Part shown: positions 21,563 through 32,120 of the stretch, in pieces
Layout of the letters: each line of letters starts with the position of its first letter
Numbering within the stretch: the first letter of the stretch is position 1
From: Mayamaea pseudoterrestris
Lineage: Eukaryota
Length of the DNA: 64,000 bases
Assembly: GCA_027923505.1 (NCBI GenBank)
Contig: BROI01000003.1
Location: 1,054,001-1,118,000, forward strand
Reading direction: 5' to 3'
Program-made: the position numbers and the translations under genes
The notes under the pieces: generated by a model
The model's database searches: none
Told to the model about the DNA's origin: nothing
The model's input: only the letters and a program-made list of their open reading frames with translations

Positions 21563-24542
21563 TGGCACCCGAAGTGGGGACGACGGACAAGATTTGCAGT
21601 CACCGTTCCATCAAGGCGGAGGCAGCTTTTCTGCCGTTGTTACGACCCCTACGCACCAATCAACTGGTCTACCAAGCAAGCCTCCTGTTACCGTCAACCT
21701 TGGAGACAAGGGACAGGCGACTGTCATGGCGATTCCTTCCTTTGGAGCCGATCCAGCCATCAAGGCGCATGCCTACGACTCCATCCTCCGTCAACTCGAA
21801 GGGACGGGCGCCTCTAGTAACGCCATTGCCTCTGCCTTCCTCACCATCTTTGAAGGCGTCATGTCTACTAAAGCGGCCGTCAATGCCGCTATCAAAACGC
21901 AGGCCGAGTTCCGTGACAAGCTTTTCAAAGTCAATGATTCGTCGAGTCAGCGACTTCACGTTCGCGGCGACAACCAAAACCATCACAGTTGTTCCATGCA
22001 ACTTCCGCGGCATCCCAAGCTTGCGTCGAGCTCCGCTCATGCTCACATTGTCGCCAAGGAAGACATTCGCCTCACCGGCTGCCTCGAACTGCCGACGACT
22101 TTTCCCTTGACGGACATGACGATGCCGACGATGGCCATTACCTCCCTCAGTGTTGATCATTTCGGCTCCTCTTCTTATTCAACGCCCAATATGACGCGCA
22201 AACGCAAGACCAACATTGAAACGACTGCTCCTACTGCTCCTTCGACGCGTTCAGGCAACAACGGGCGCAATGCACCTCCGCCCGTCGGCGAAGGTGCGGG
22301 CCAGTCGGGCGCCAGCCGCGAAGGTCCCCCTCAGCGTTCAGGCACCACCGGGCGCAATGTACCTCCACCCGGCCGCGAAGCGACACCTCCAGCGACACCT
22401 CCGCCAGCTACACCTCCACCAACCACCGGTGACGATTCAAATGTTACTGTCGAGGCGCCTCCAAAGAACACCTTCACCTTTGGTACATTTGCTGGCCCAG
22501 CAGGCATTATGGATCAGCAGCTCGAGTTTGATGAGGTCTTCGGTCCTCAACCATGCCTCCTCTTTGTGGAAAAGGACAAGTATTCGGCCAAGATCAACAG
22601 TTCTACTGTCACTAACAACATCAAGAAGATTGAGCAGGAACTGTACTGCAGTGTCTTTCTGTCGATTTACCGCGAGCATTATGTCGGCGAAACATCTACA
22701 GCTCCTTCTCTACAGAGCAACATGGATCTTATCCAGCGCCTTCAACAAGTCAAGCTCTCGACATGCCCAACCATTGCCGACTACCTGCACCGCTTCGTCA
22801 GTCTCTCTGATGACCTAAAGGGTGAGCCTGTCGACTGGATGTGCGACATTACCGAGCTCTTCTACAATAACCTCTCCACCGACGTCAAGTCCGCCTTGGC
22901 TACCAATCCTTGCTTCTTCAAACCTGAGTCACGCCATTTCCATTGCGCAGATGAGCACCGCGCTGGCATCTCCGTCATCTGGACTCTTGCCAATAAGGAA
23001 TATCAACGTCTTGCGGATCAAACCTCCTCCATCATTGCTGCTATTGAGCTCAAGCAGCAGTCCCTCGCCGCCCATGCTGCCCAGGCTGCCCACGCCTCTC
23101 ATCATGGCGTTCAAGTCTATCAAGATCAACATTCTTTTCACTCGCCAACTACCGCATCTCCAAGCCGCCCACCGTCTGGCCGTCATCATGTGACCTTCAA
23201 CGACTCGCCGTCGGGTATCCTGCGTCCAAGTCACCTTTCCGCCTACAACTCTTCACCAGCTGAACAGACTCTCCGTCGCTATCAGTCTCCTCTCTCGGCC
23301 GCTATTCCAGATGGAGCAACATACAACTATTCCATCTTCCCTTGGCTTCCGCCCCACATTCGCAATAACCCTTCTGAAGTGCATGCACCTCGCCCTCGCA
23401 ACACTCGCATCTGCCTTTGGTGCTTTGAGACTGGCCATACCTTCCGCCAATGCCCTGCTGATGGGTCTCGCACGCCTGAAGCTGAGCAACAATTCTTCTC
23501 CAACTGGAACATTGCACGTGGCATGATTAGTGAGGACCGCGCTAACCGTGAATCCAGAGCCAGTCTCCGCCAAGCCAACCCTGCTTCCAGCACTACTTCA
23601 CAGTGGCAACCATCGGCCGCCGTCGCCGCGCATCACACTACTGCTCACCGTCACATTAACAACGAGCCTTCTTGGATGACTCGAGATGCAGCTCGCTCCT
23701 CGGCAGCACCTTCCGCTCCTTCCCAAACTGACGATGAAGTGCACTTCTCCGCGCCCTCCTACTTTGGTGCCATTGCCTCCTACCGCGTCCATGCTCAACC
23801 AGCTCCAGGCGCCGTTGTTCCTTTTGCCAATCCTGTTGATGACAATCTCCCTTTCATCACCTTTGTCATCGGTTCTACTGGCAATGACTTTCCCATCACC
23901 GCCCTTTTCGACACGGGTTCCACTTCAACTTTGGGCAACAAGTCCTACCACATCAAATTCTCTGCCGATCATCCATCCGCTGTTGCCAAGTGGTATCACG
24001 CCGGCGACAGCATCAACCCAGCTGTTGCCATGGGACTGACGGGCATTGTGGCCGATGACGGCCGGCCATCTACCACCTGCCTCAACGACATTGTGGTTTA
24101 CAACACTCCTGTTGGTGAATGGTCGGTTGCAGTTGGCGATCATGTCAGCCTCCCTACTGTGATGGGCCGCGCCGATCAAAAGCGCTTTGACATGTACTTG
24201 ATGAAGGTGAACGGCAAGGATGTGATCCGCTCTTTCAAGCATCGGCAAGACTACACAGTCATCTACCGTCCTCCAACGAATATCAGCCCTCTTCCTCCAG
24301 CCATTCCAGCTGCTATCCATCCCTCTCTACCGGTACCTTCTCCTCCAGTTGCTCACGCCGCCACCCTCCTACCAAGCCTCGCACCCTCGCTACCTTCACC
24401 ACCAATTGCATCCATTCCACCTCCTACTGAGCCCACAGCTCCAGCCGCCTCTTCTCATCCCTCCTTGGACGTCCCTTTCGGCACTCATCTGGCGTCCGTC
24501 AACAACCTCGCTGAGCACTTGGCTGCTAACCGCCCCATCTAG
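21495..24542 (+). CDS. Gypsy Gag-protease (true start uncertain; first ATG lies in the LTR)
   Basis: Zinc knuckle CLWCFETGHTFRQC (CX2CX4HX4C); aspartic protease ALFDTGS; Pro/Ser-rich linkers. Confidence 0.85.
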   Translation: MYFGNASQSLTSSRSLGAPQASNGTRSGDDGQDLQSPFHQGGGSFSAVVTTPTHQSTGLPSKPPVTVNLGDKGQATVMAIPSFGADPAIKAHAYDSILRQLEGTGASSNAIASAFLTIFEGVMSTKAAVNAAIKTQAEFRDKLFKVNDSSSQRLHVRGDNQNHHSCSMQLPRHPKLASSSAHAHIVAKEDIRLTGCLELPTTFPLTDMTMPTMAITSLSVDHFGSSSYSTPNMTRKRKTNIETTAPTAPSTRSGNNGRNAPPPVGEGAGQSGASREGPPQRSGTTGRNVPPPGREATPPATPPPATPPPTTGDDSNVTVEAPPKNTFTFGTFAGPAGIMDQQLEFDEVFGPQPCLLFVEKDKYSAKINSSTVTNNIKKIEQELYCSVFLSIYREHYVGETSTAPSLQSNMDLIQRLQQVKLSTCPTIADYLHRFVSLSDDLKGEPVDWMCDITELFYNNLSTDVKSALATNPCFFKPESRHFHCADEHRAGISVIWTLANKEYQRLADQTSSIIAAIELKQQSLAAHAAQAAHASHHGVQVYQDQHSFHSPTTASPSRPPSGRHHVTFNDSPSGILRPSHLSAYNSSPAEQTLRRYQSPLSAAIPDGATYNYSIFPWLPPHIRNNPSEVHAPRPRNTRICLWCFETGHTFRQCPADGSRTPEAEQQFFSNWNIARGMISEDRANRESRASLRQANPASSTTSQWQPSAAVAAHHTTAHRHINNEPSWMTRDAARSSAAPSAPSQTDDEVHFSAPSYFGAIASYRVHAQPAPGAVVPFANPVDDNLPFITFVIGSTGNDFPITALFDTGSTSTLGNKSYHIKFSADHPSAVAKWYHAGDSINPAVAMGLTGIVADDGRPSTTCLNDIVVYNTPVGEWSVAVGDHVSLPTVMGRADQKRFDMYLMKVNGKDVIRSFKHRQDYTVIYRPPTNISPLPPAIPAAIHPSLPVPSPPVAHAATLLPSLAPSLPSPPIASIPPPTEPTAPAASSHPSLDVPFGTHLASVNNLAEHLAANRPI
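21563..21580 (+). other. Primer binding site TGGCACCCGAAGTGGGGA (tRNA identity not determined)
   Basis: Begins TGG (complement of tRNA CCA) directly after the LTR. Confidence 0.8.
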
Positions 24543-27500
24543 GGGTGCCGCTCAGTGAGTAGCCTCGCTGAGCCTTCATCATCTTTTGCGTCACAGCCGG
24601 CCGCTCCATTGACCGACTCTGCCTGCCAAGATGATGTTTCAGCCAAGGCCTTTGCCATTGACGTTCCTCCCAAGCGATGGCGCCCCAAGCCGCAAGCTGC
24701 CTACCATCCCACCGATGAGTATAACCTGCCCGACAGCTTCTTCATTCACCGGAAACTTGGCAAAGGAGCGGTTGACGTGAGCATTGATGAGCTGCCTCCC
24801 CGTGATGACCTCCTGCATTATGATTCTCTCAAGCACAAGCCATTCATGGAGAAGCACCTCAAGATCGACGCCACTTGCCCCGCCGACATTGCAGCTATCA
24901 TCAAGGAAACAATCATTCGCAACTTTGATGCATTTGATGAGGAAGGCGTCCGACGCCCTGCTCGAGGCATTCTCTTTCACATTGACACTGGCAGTGCTCA
25001 GCCCATCTGCGTTCCTCAGCCTCGCTACGGTGTGCATGAAGCCCCCATCATGCAACAGCAAATTGATGCTCTCCTCCACAATGGCATGATCAAGCGCAAC
25101 TATGGACCATGGGCTATGAAACTTGTCCTTGCTCCCAAGCCCCACCAAGAAGACATTGAGGACATCACTGATTTCATCTGGCGCATGTGTGTCAACTTCC
25201 AGCCACTCAACAAGATTACCCTCCTCTTTCGCTACTGGATTCCCCGTTGCGCCGACGCCCTGCAACTTCTCAATGATAGCCAAGGCCCCTTGTTTGCTAT
25301 CAGCGTCGACGCCGACAGCGGCTTCCACCAGATTGGAGTCACCAACGAGACACATGATAAGCTGGCATTCTGGGGTCCCGACCAGCAGAAATATGCCTAC
25401 ACAGTCATGCCATTCGGTCCTACCAACTGCCCTTCCGTCTTCCAGTGCCTCATGGGCAAGGTCACTGATTACTGCAAGAAACTGATTGCTGCAGGTCTTC
25501 CACCAAGTCAAGCAGCCTCCGGCGCCATGTATGTCATCAAGAACGTGATCGACGACCTCCTCCTGCTCTCCAATGACCGTCACTACCTTTGCTACGTCTT
25601 TGACTGCCTTTGTCAAGCATTCATTCACTTCCGGCTCACCTTCAAGTTGAAGAAATGCGACTTCTTCTTCAATCGCCTGGAATGGCTTGGTCAGCACGAC
25701 AATCCCCTGGCAATGTTCCTTCCAAGTTTGACTTGATCCGCAACTGGGCCTTGCCCACAACGTCGCAAGCCCTCAACTCCTTCGTCAGCTTCTGTGGCTT
25801 CTACCGCAATTACCTACCTTTCTTTGAATATATCATCACCCCACTTCGCCAGCTTATCCGACAGCACAAGCACTCGTCCATCCCTCATACTGCCTGGTCT
25901 CCAGTTCTCCTTGAGCTTTTCAACCAACTCAAAGCTGCCATCACATCTTCTCCCTGCCTCGCCCGTGCCGATTCCTCTACACCCTTCTTCATCAAAACCG
26001 ACTGGTCTGCCAAGAGCGTTGCTTCCATTCTCATGCAACCAGACAACTCCGCTGCCTCTCAAGCTGCACTTCTTGCCATGGATGCTGGTGCAGCATGTGC
26101 CTTTGACAAAACCAAATCCGGTGCCCGCCTGCGTCCTATCAGCTTCAACCACGTTCTGCGGATGAACCCGGAGTCTCTTGCTTGAGGCTGGTCGCTGGAC
26201 TTCACATTCATTCCTTGGTAAGAAGTTTAAGTTGTTTTACTGGCTCTGTGACTGCAATGCCATCTCTGCCCTGCTTTCCTACGAGGCGACAACCATCTTC
26301 CGGCTGGCCATGGACCTTCTTGGCTATACCTTCGAGATCATCCATCGTCCTGAACGCATGATGCAAGATGTTGCTTGCAGCCGCCATTACGCACACTGTG
26401 ATCCCTTAGTCCGCAGTATATCCTTTTCTGCGCGCCGCCAGCTTCACTGCCAACCCAAGTCAGTTTCTTCCCGTTCCCATGAGTGCACTTTCTGCACGAG
26501 GCTCCTATATTCCACCAAGCCCGCCTCCCTCCGCTACCTCAACTGCTGCCTTCTCCATCATGGACCCCCTGCCCTCGCCTGCCACTGTGCCTTCTACGCT
26601 ATCAACATTCAGCACCATTCTCTGCAGTCATGGCATTCGCTCCTCCGCACGTCAATCGCCTACCACATCAACCAGCCACCAGCACCTACCCTTCAGCACC
26701 TCCTTCCTGTGGCATCAATGTTCCTCCCCGTGCACTCGCATTGGGCAGTGACTCCAGTGCCATTGCATCCCACCTTGTTCATCAGCACTATCTTCCCTGG
26801 TTCATTAGCCACCTGGCATCAAAAGCCCTCAAGCCATGACTGCATTTTGCCATCAAATCTTCTTCTGCTCCATCAGTGTGAATCTCGCCGTCAACTCTGT
26901 CAGCGCCTCCACTCTGCAAGCATTCATCGCACCTACGACCCGACAGCCTCCATCTTGTCAGATGCATCAACGCTGGCTGGCTTCTCCTCCTTCGCTGGCT
27001 GCGACTCTACCTACTCGCCACGTGACGGCCTTCTCTCCACATGGTTATCTGCAACTCTTGCCCTCTTCACTGGCCTCAGCCACTCCCATGCTCTGCGCCA
27101 CTTTGTCATCATTATTCCAACTACCATGAGCCCTTCACCGTCCTCTACACCAAGTCCACCTGCCTACCCTGACTTTGTTGCACCATGTCTTCATCACCAT
27201 TCCTCCTCCTGGACAAGCCATGCCTCCATCTCCTGGAGCCAGGACTTTGGTGATCGCATTTCTCGAGGCACTCTCTACATTTTTGGTGTCTCCACCTTGG
27301 TTGCCAGCTGCTCTTCCTTGCTCTCTGACATCAGCACCTTGCCTACCCTCGGTGCGGATGCACCAGCCTACGGCGTTTTCGTGGACCGTCACCTCCATCA
27401 ACCTTGTGCCTCTACCTCCGCCTGTGCCTTTCCTGTCACTCCATCTCCAGTTCACCAACACATTGACAGTTTTTCACCTTGTGTCATGGGCACACTTGAC

Positions 27501-30134
27501 TGTCTGGGCACTTCTGTTCCCATCCTTCATCCCAGCCATCCTGCCTACATTCTTCCGCTTCTACCTGATTCACCCTTCTCTGGTAGCTTTGCTATCCCCT
27601 TCTACTCGCCGAACGATGAGCTTCAATACAGCCCTTGCGCACCATCCGAGCTTCTGTCTCTCCTGTCCTTCAACCATCACTCCGCGGGCTACATTCTTAC
27701 TCAGCCACTCTTGGACCAGCATCTCATCATTCAAGAATGTGCCGGTGTCATCAGTCTTTCTGCCATTCTGCACCATGTTATTTCCACTGTGGCAGCCTCC
27801 GTCATGTACCCACCCCCTGCGGGCAGCATTGCTTGCTACACCTCCCCAGTCTCCCTGATTCACCCATCTCAAATTCCGACACTCCCTGAGTGGACAGCTG
27901 CCTACGCCGCTGATCCCTGCTGCTCTGCCATCATTGCCAAGCTTGAGTCTCCTGCACCATGGTCATCTTCAGAACTCTCCCAGATCAACTCCTGCTACCG
28001 TCAAATGGCTCGCCTTCAAGCCTTTTGCCTCTCCAATGGTCGCCTCACAGTCTACACGCACACCACTGATTCCACTCGCGCCCTCCTGTTGATTGTGGTT
28101 CCAGAATCCCTGCGCCGTCGTGTCTTTGATGCATTTCACGGCTCTCCTTGCGCCGGCCATATGGGACCCAAAAAGGTCCTTCTGCGCTTGCGTTTGCTAT
28201 TCTTCTGGCCCAACATGAGCTCGTTTGTACACCACGCGTGCAAGGCTTGTCCTGAATGTCACTTGGCCAATGCAACCTCTCGCCCATCAAGCACTCTTCT
28301 TCATGGCACTATCTTACAGCAACCAATGGCCCTACTTCACATTGATGCCTGGATGCCCGGCGTCACCACATCCTTCTTTGGCAAGCACACTGGTATCCTC
28401 ACTGTCGTCTGTGATTTAACTGGTTTTGTCGTTGTGGTTCCATACACCAAGGCTACATCTGCCAACTTTGCCCGACTGCTTGTGTCCGACGTACTCCTTC
28501 TATATGGCTTCTGCTCTGGTGTGGTCATTGATGACGATAGCAAGTTCAAAGGGTACTTCAAGTCCATGTGCACTCAACTTGGCCTCGCTTATCACGTCCT
28601 CTCCAAAGGCAACCATCAGGCCATGCGCTGCGAACGTGTTCACCGCTATTTTAACAAGGTTGCCAAGATTGAGTGCGGCAAGCGTGAGACCAACAAGGTG
28701 TTTGTGGAGGCCGCTAAGCTGGCTGGATACGCCTGGAATTGCATGCCCATTGACGGCACAGACATTGTCCGCAGCTTCGTGGTGACTGGTCGAGTGTTCA
28801 AGTTCCCTCTGGAGGTTGCCTTAGAGACACTCCTTGCTCCTACTGATAACGCCAGTCTCAGCCTGCAACGCTTCCTTACCAGCATATCGGATACTCATAT
28901 CTTCTCGCGGGAAATCCTCTCTATCCTTGTGGCCGACCGCCGCGCTGCCCACCGTGAAGTCATCAATGCTACCCGCACTCCAGTTCATTACCTTGTTGGT
29001 GATCTGGTAACAGCCAAGCGACAGGTTTCCAGTGACTCTACTCAAAACCGAGTTGGCAAACTCTCCTACGATGTTCAAGGACCTTTCAAAGTTGTCGAAG
29101 TGACCTCCCACGACTCCTACATGGTCCAAAAATGGGATGATCCCACTGCCCCTCTGCTGCGCTTCAAAGGTGGGCTTTTACACCCTCTGCCGCCTGTCCT
29201 CCAACCCTGCCTGCCTATCGATACCATTGATTACCACTACCTCAACATTGATCGTGCCCCTGTCTTGCACCCTTTCAAGAACCACCTCGGTATTGATTCT
29301 TACAACTATCTCTGGCTGCACGGCACTCCTCCTCCAGCCCGCAATCCAAATGATCCACCTCCCTCCATCCCTGCTTCCATCTCTGCCATCAACCCTTCTG
29401 CCCCTCGCCTCTCAGACCTGCTTGGTACTTCAGCTACGCCTTCCAACTCCTCCATCCCCGATGTGGTGCTGCAGCCATCATGTGAAGCAAGACCTACCAG
29501 ACCTACCAACTTTGTCCTACGACATACTGACCCGTCTGTCTGCTGCACCGATCCAGAAAGCCTCTGTCACGCCATCCAGCAGTCACGTGACAAGCTTTTC
29601 TTTGTGACCTACCTTGCCACTGGAACGATGGTGCCCTCCCTTCACATGGTCCAAGTTGATCTCAACTCCTCTGCATTGAGTCGCGACTCGTCAAACTACC
29701 GCACTAATGGAACCTACTATTGCAACTTCCAGAAGCGGCCGGAAAGTGACTCTAGCTTACCCTGGAGCCAAAGCCGGTGGCGTACACACTGGTGTGAATT
29801 TCACAAAAGTACGGATGACGAATTGCTTTACGGCAAGACCGTCGAGTTTCGCCGAGCAATCAAGGCCCCAGACTACTCCAGATACACGGCCTTTGCAAAT
29901 TTCTTCAACCTTACCGACCCAGACACATTTGTCTACGGGCCCTTTGAGTTTGCGGATGAAGGTATCTTGCCATCTGGAGGTGAGAAGAGCCGAGAACGAG
30001 TTGAGAAGCTTCACTGGCTACGTCTCCAGGAAATTATCAAAGACCGGCCAAGCATTCCCTTCCCAAATCTCCTTCCTACAGACATCCAAGAGCCTCAAGC
30101 TATTCCTCCCTCTCTCAAACGAAGAAAGCACTAG
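24543..30134 (+). CDS. Gypsy Pol: RT, RNase H, MTase-like insert, integrase, extra C-terminal domain; frameshifted near 25690 and 26170
   Basis: RT WRMCVNFQPLN, DADSGFHQI, MPFGPTN, VIDDLL; RNase H IKTDWS, LCDC, IIHRPERMM; integrase HGSPCAGH..CKACPEC, LHIDAW, VIDDDSKF, CERVHR, GPFKV. Confidence 0.88.
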
Positions 30135-30335
30135 ATTAATCACTCAGATAGTCTATTTGTTAACTCAAGTCATTCATCCAAGCCTTATTCCTTTCCTGCC
30201 AAGTTAGCCTGCCAGCCCTGCAACCATTCGCCAGCCATCTGTCAATTCCGCCCACGCCTGTCTAAGCATTTCCAGCGTCGCCTTATCAGCCATTCTATCC
30301 GGTTAAGCCAGTGTTGTGTGATCTTTGTTGTTTGC

Positions 30336-30505
30336 CAGCCTTGTTGTGTGAAAAGCCTTGTTGTGTGAAAAGCCTTGTGTGTGAAAAGCCAGCCATAAAG
30401 CCATAAAGCCAGCCATAAAGCCATTCAGCCAGCCATAAAGCCAAAAAGCCAGCCAGCCATAAAGCCATAAAGCCAGCCAGCCATTCAGCCATAAGCCAGC
30501 CAGCC
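30336..30505 (+). repeat. Tandem repeats in the Gypsy 3' UTR: GCCTTGTTGTGTGAAAA about x3, then an (AGCC/AGCCATAA)n array
   Basis: Directly visible in the sequence. Confidence 0.9.
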
Positions 30506-30655
30506 TTGTTCTCCTCCCTTTACTCAGATCTTCTGCTGGTCTTGCGTTCACCGGGCTTTCGCGGGGCTGCTTTGTATTTATACTTACTCAGCCCAAAATA
30601 TGGCATTCCTATTCAGGTGGCCGCCCGGAACCCTCATTCATGATACTCGCTCCCC

Positions 30656-30666
30656 AGGAAGAAGGA
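30656..30666 (+). other. Polypurine tract AGGAAGAAGGA
   Basis: Purine run abutting the 3' LTR. Confidence 0.85.
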
Positions 30667-31071
30667 TGTGAAGCAGCCTTTGGCATTTGATGCTCGACAC
30701 CCTGCCGCCCGGCGTTCGAGCGCGACGAGCCTCGCTAAGCAAGGCGTTCCGTCCTAACAAAGCCCTGCGTTTGCCTTGCGCGGTCGTGACAAGTGCGTCC
30801 TGCCTCTAAATAGACTTGGATACTTAAGGAAATGTCACTTGGCGAACCAGTCACGCCAGCGTGTTGGCGACTCAACAGCTCCTTCCACGGTGCTGGTTTC
30901 GATCCTTTTTGCCTCACACCCCTTGACCGACGAGCATCTCCTGCCTCTTCTGTCTCCTTTTGTTGCTCCTCTGCTCCTTTAACCATCTAAACAAGCCTTT
31001 ATCATGTACTTTGGAAACGCTAGCCAGTCTCTAACTAGTAGCCGCTCGCTCGGAGCACCCCAAGCTTCAAA
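30667..31071 (+). repeat. 3' LTR of the Gypsy element
   Basis: Matches 21158-21562 except GGCGAGCCAG vs GGCGAACCAG. Confidence 0.95.
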
Positions 31072-32120
31072 CACCCCACGAAAGCTAGTGGAGGCACATA
31101 TGCGCGAGAACAGTCGCATTGGTCAAGCCGGTGGCTGATTAGCTTTAAGAGTCTTTTGTCGAATCCATAGGGGCAAATATATTTTTCCGAATCATTGTAC
31201 AATGGAATCAAAGGTAGTATTTGGGAGGGTGGCTTCAAGTTTGTATAATCAAAAGGCCGTCGAAACGCTCGTCGCATATTTTTTAGGGCCGAGACGAGCC
31301 GTTGCTTCCATTGTCGCCTTGAGATTGCTGATTGAAATTCTTCCATCGCCAAAAATTCATTATACGTAACTGAACTTGTACCAAATGAGTAATTTCGCAT
31401 ATCAATGACATCGGAGAATGTGTGAATATGGTGTAATTTGCTTGACTCTTCGACCAGAAAATCCACCTTGTAGTCACGAAGCAACTTGTCAAACGCTGCG
31501 TCATTATTTAAATCCGCTGGAAATTCGCCGTAACTCGTCAAGCATATGATATGCTTGCGCTCCAACAGCGCTGTGGTCGATATGGCGCTTGTTGTTCTGA
31601 TGCGGTCGAGGTAGCGGAAATGTTTCACGATCGAAAAGCATTGTGCAACGCGATGCAGCGATATCGCAGCAATGAGCAGCAGCAGTAAACGAACAACAAT
31701 CGACATGGTGCAGCGCGGCGCGCGCAAGTACTTTAGTAGATGAATCGATTTGCAGACCCTCTGTTCTCAAACATGATCGTTGATGCGGCAGCGCATCGGC
31801 GAGACGAAAGGAGAATGTCGCATATAGTGTCGTACCGGTACAATATGAAAACAAGTACGACTCACATTTCGCGTTCGTTATTTGGAACAACAACGTTAAA
31901 TCTTCCCAATCATCGCACGCTTGCGAGTATTGGCGCGCCACCTCACCTTCGAACATGATGCGGCTGGCACCATGGCGAGAAAGTGACGAGACGAGACGAT
32001 CCTGTCTCTGACACGAGCCGCAAAGCCTGACTCGTCGTTGCAAGCAGCAGCATTTGACAATAGCAGTGCTTACAATCTTGTAATTTGCTTCACTTGCAAA
32101 CAAATAATCAGCAATCAATC

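Larger units (their letters stand above)
21158..31071 (+). mobile_element. Full-length Ty3/Gypsy LTR retrotransposon (9.9 kb), recent insertion, TSD CACC
   Basis: Two 405-bp LTRs with one mismatch seen; PBS; PPT; domain order gag-PR-RT-RH-IN; CACC at 21154-21157 and 31072-31075. Confidence 0.96.
19614..31706 (-). pseudogene. Crinkler-like NTPase + REase gene (paralog B), split by the Gypsy insertion; segments 31706-31072 and 21153-19614
   Basis: Removing the element and one CACC copy restores a 2175-nt ORF (724 aa) reading PPLAFVGCSLSGKTRTL (Walker A); Walker B ILLVDDLD; C-terminal GKTFE...PNATSFQTYD...AFQLKEG. Confidence 0.88.

Noticed and set aside
24639..25760. 373-aa minus-strand ORF
   Set aside because: Antisense shadow of the Gypsy RT, explained by codon bias; no motifs
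30336..30505. CRISPR-like array
   Set aside because: No unique spacers, eukaryotic context, no cas genes
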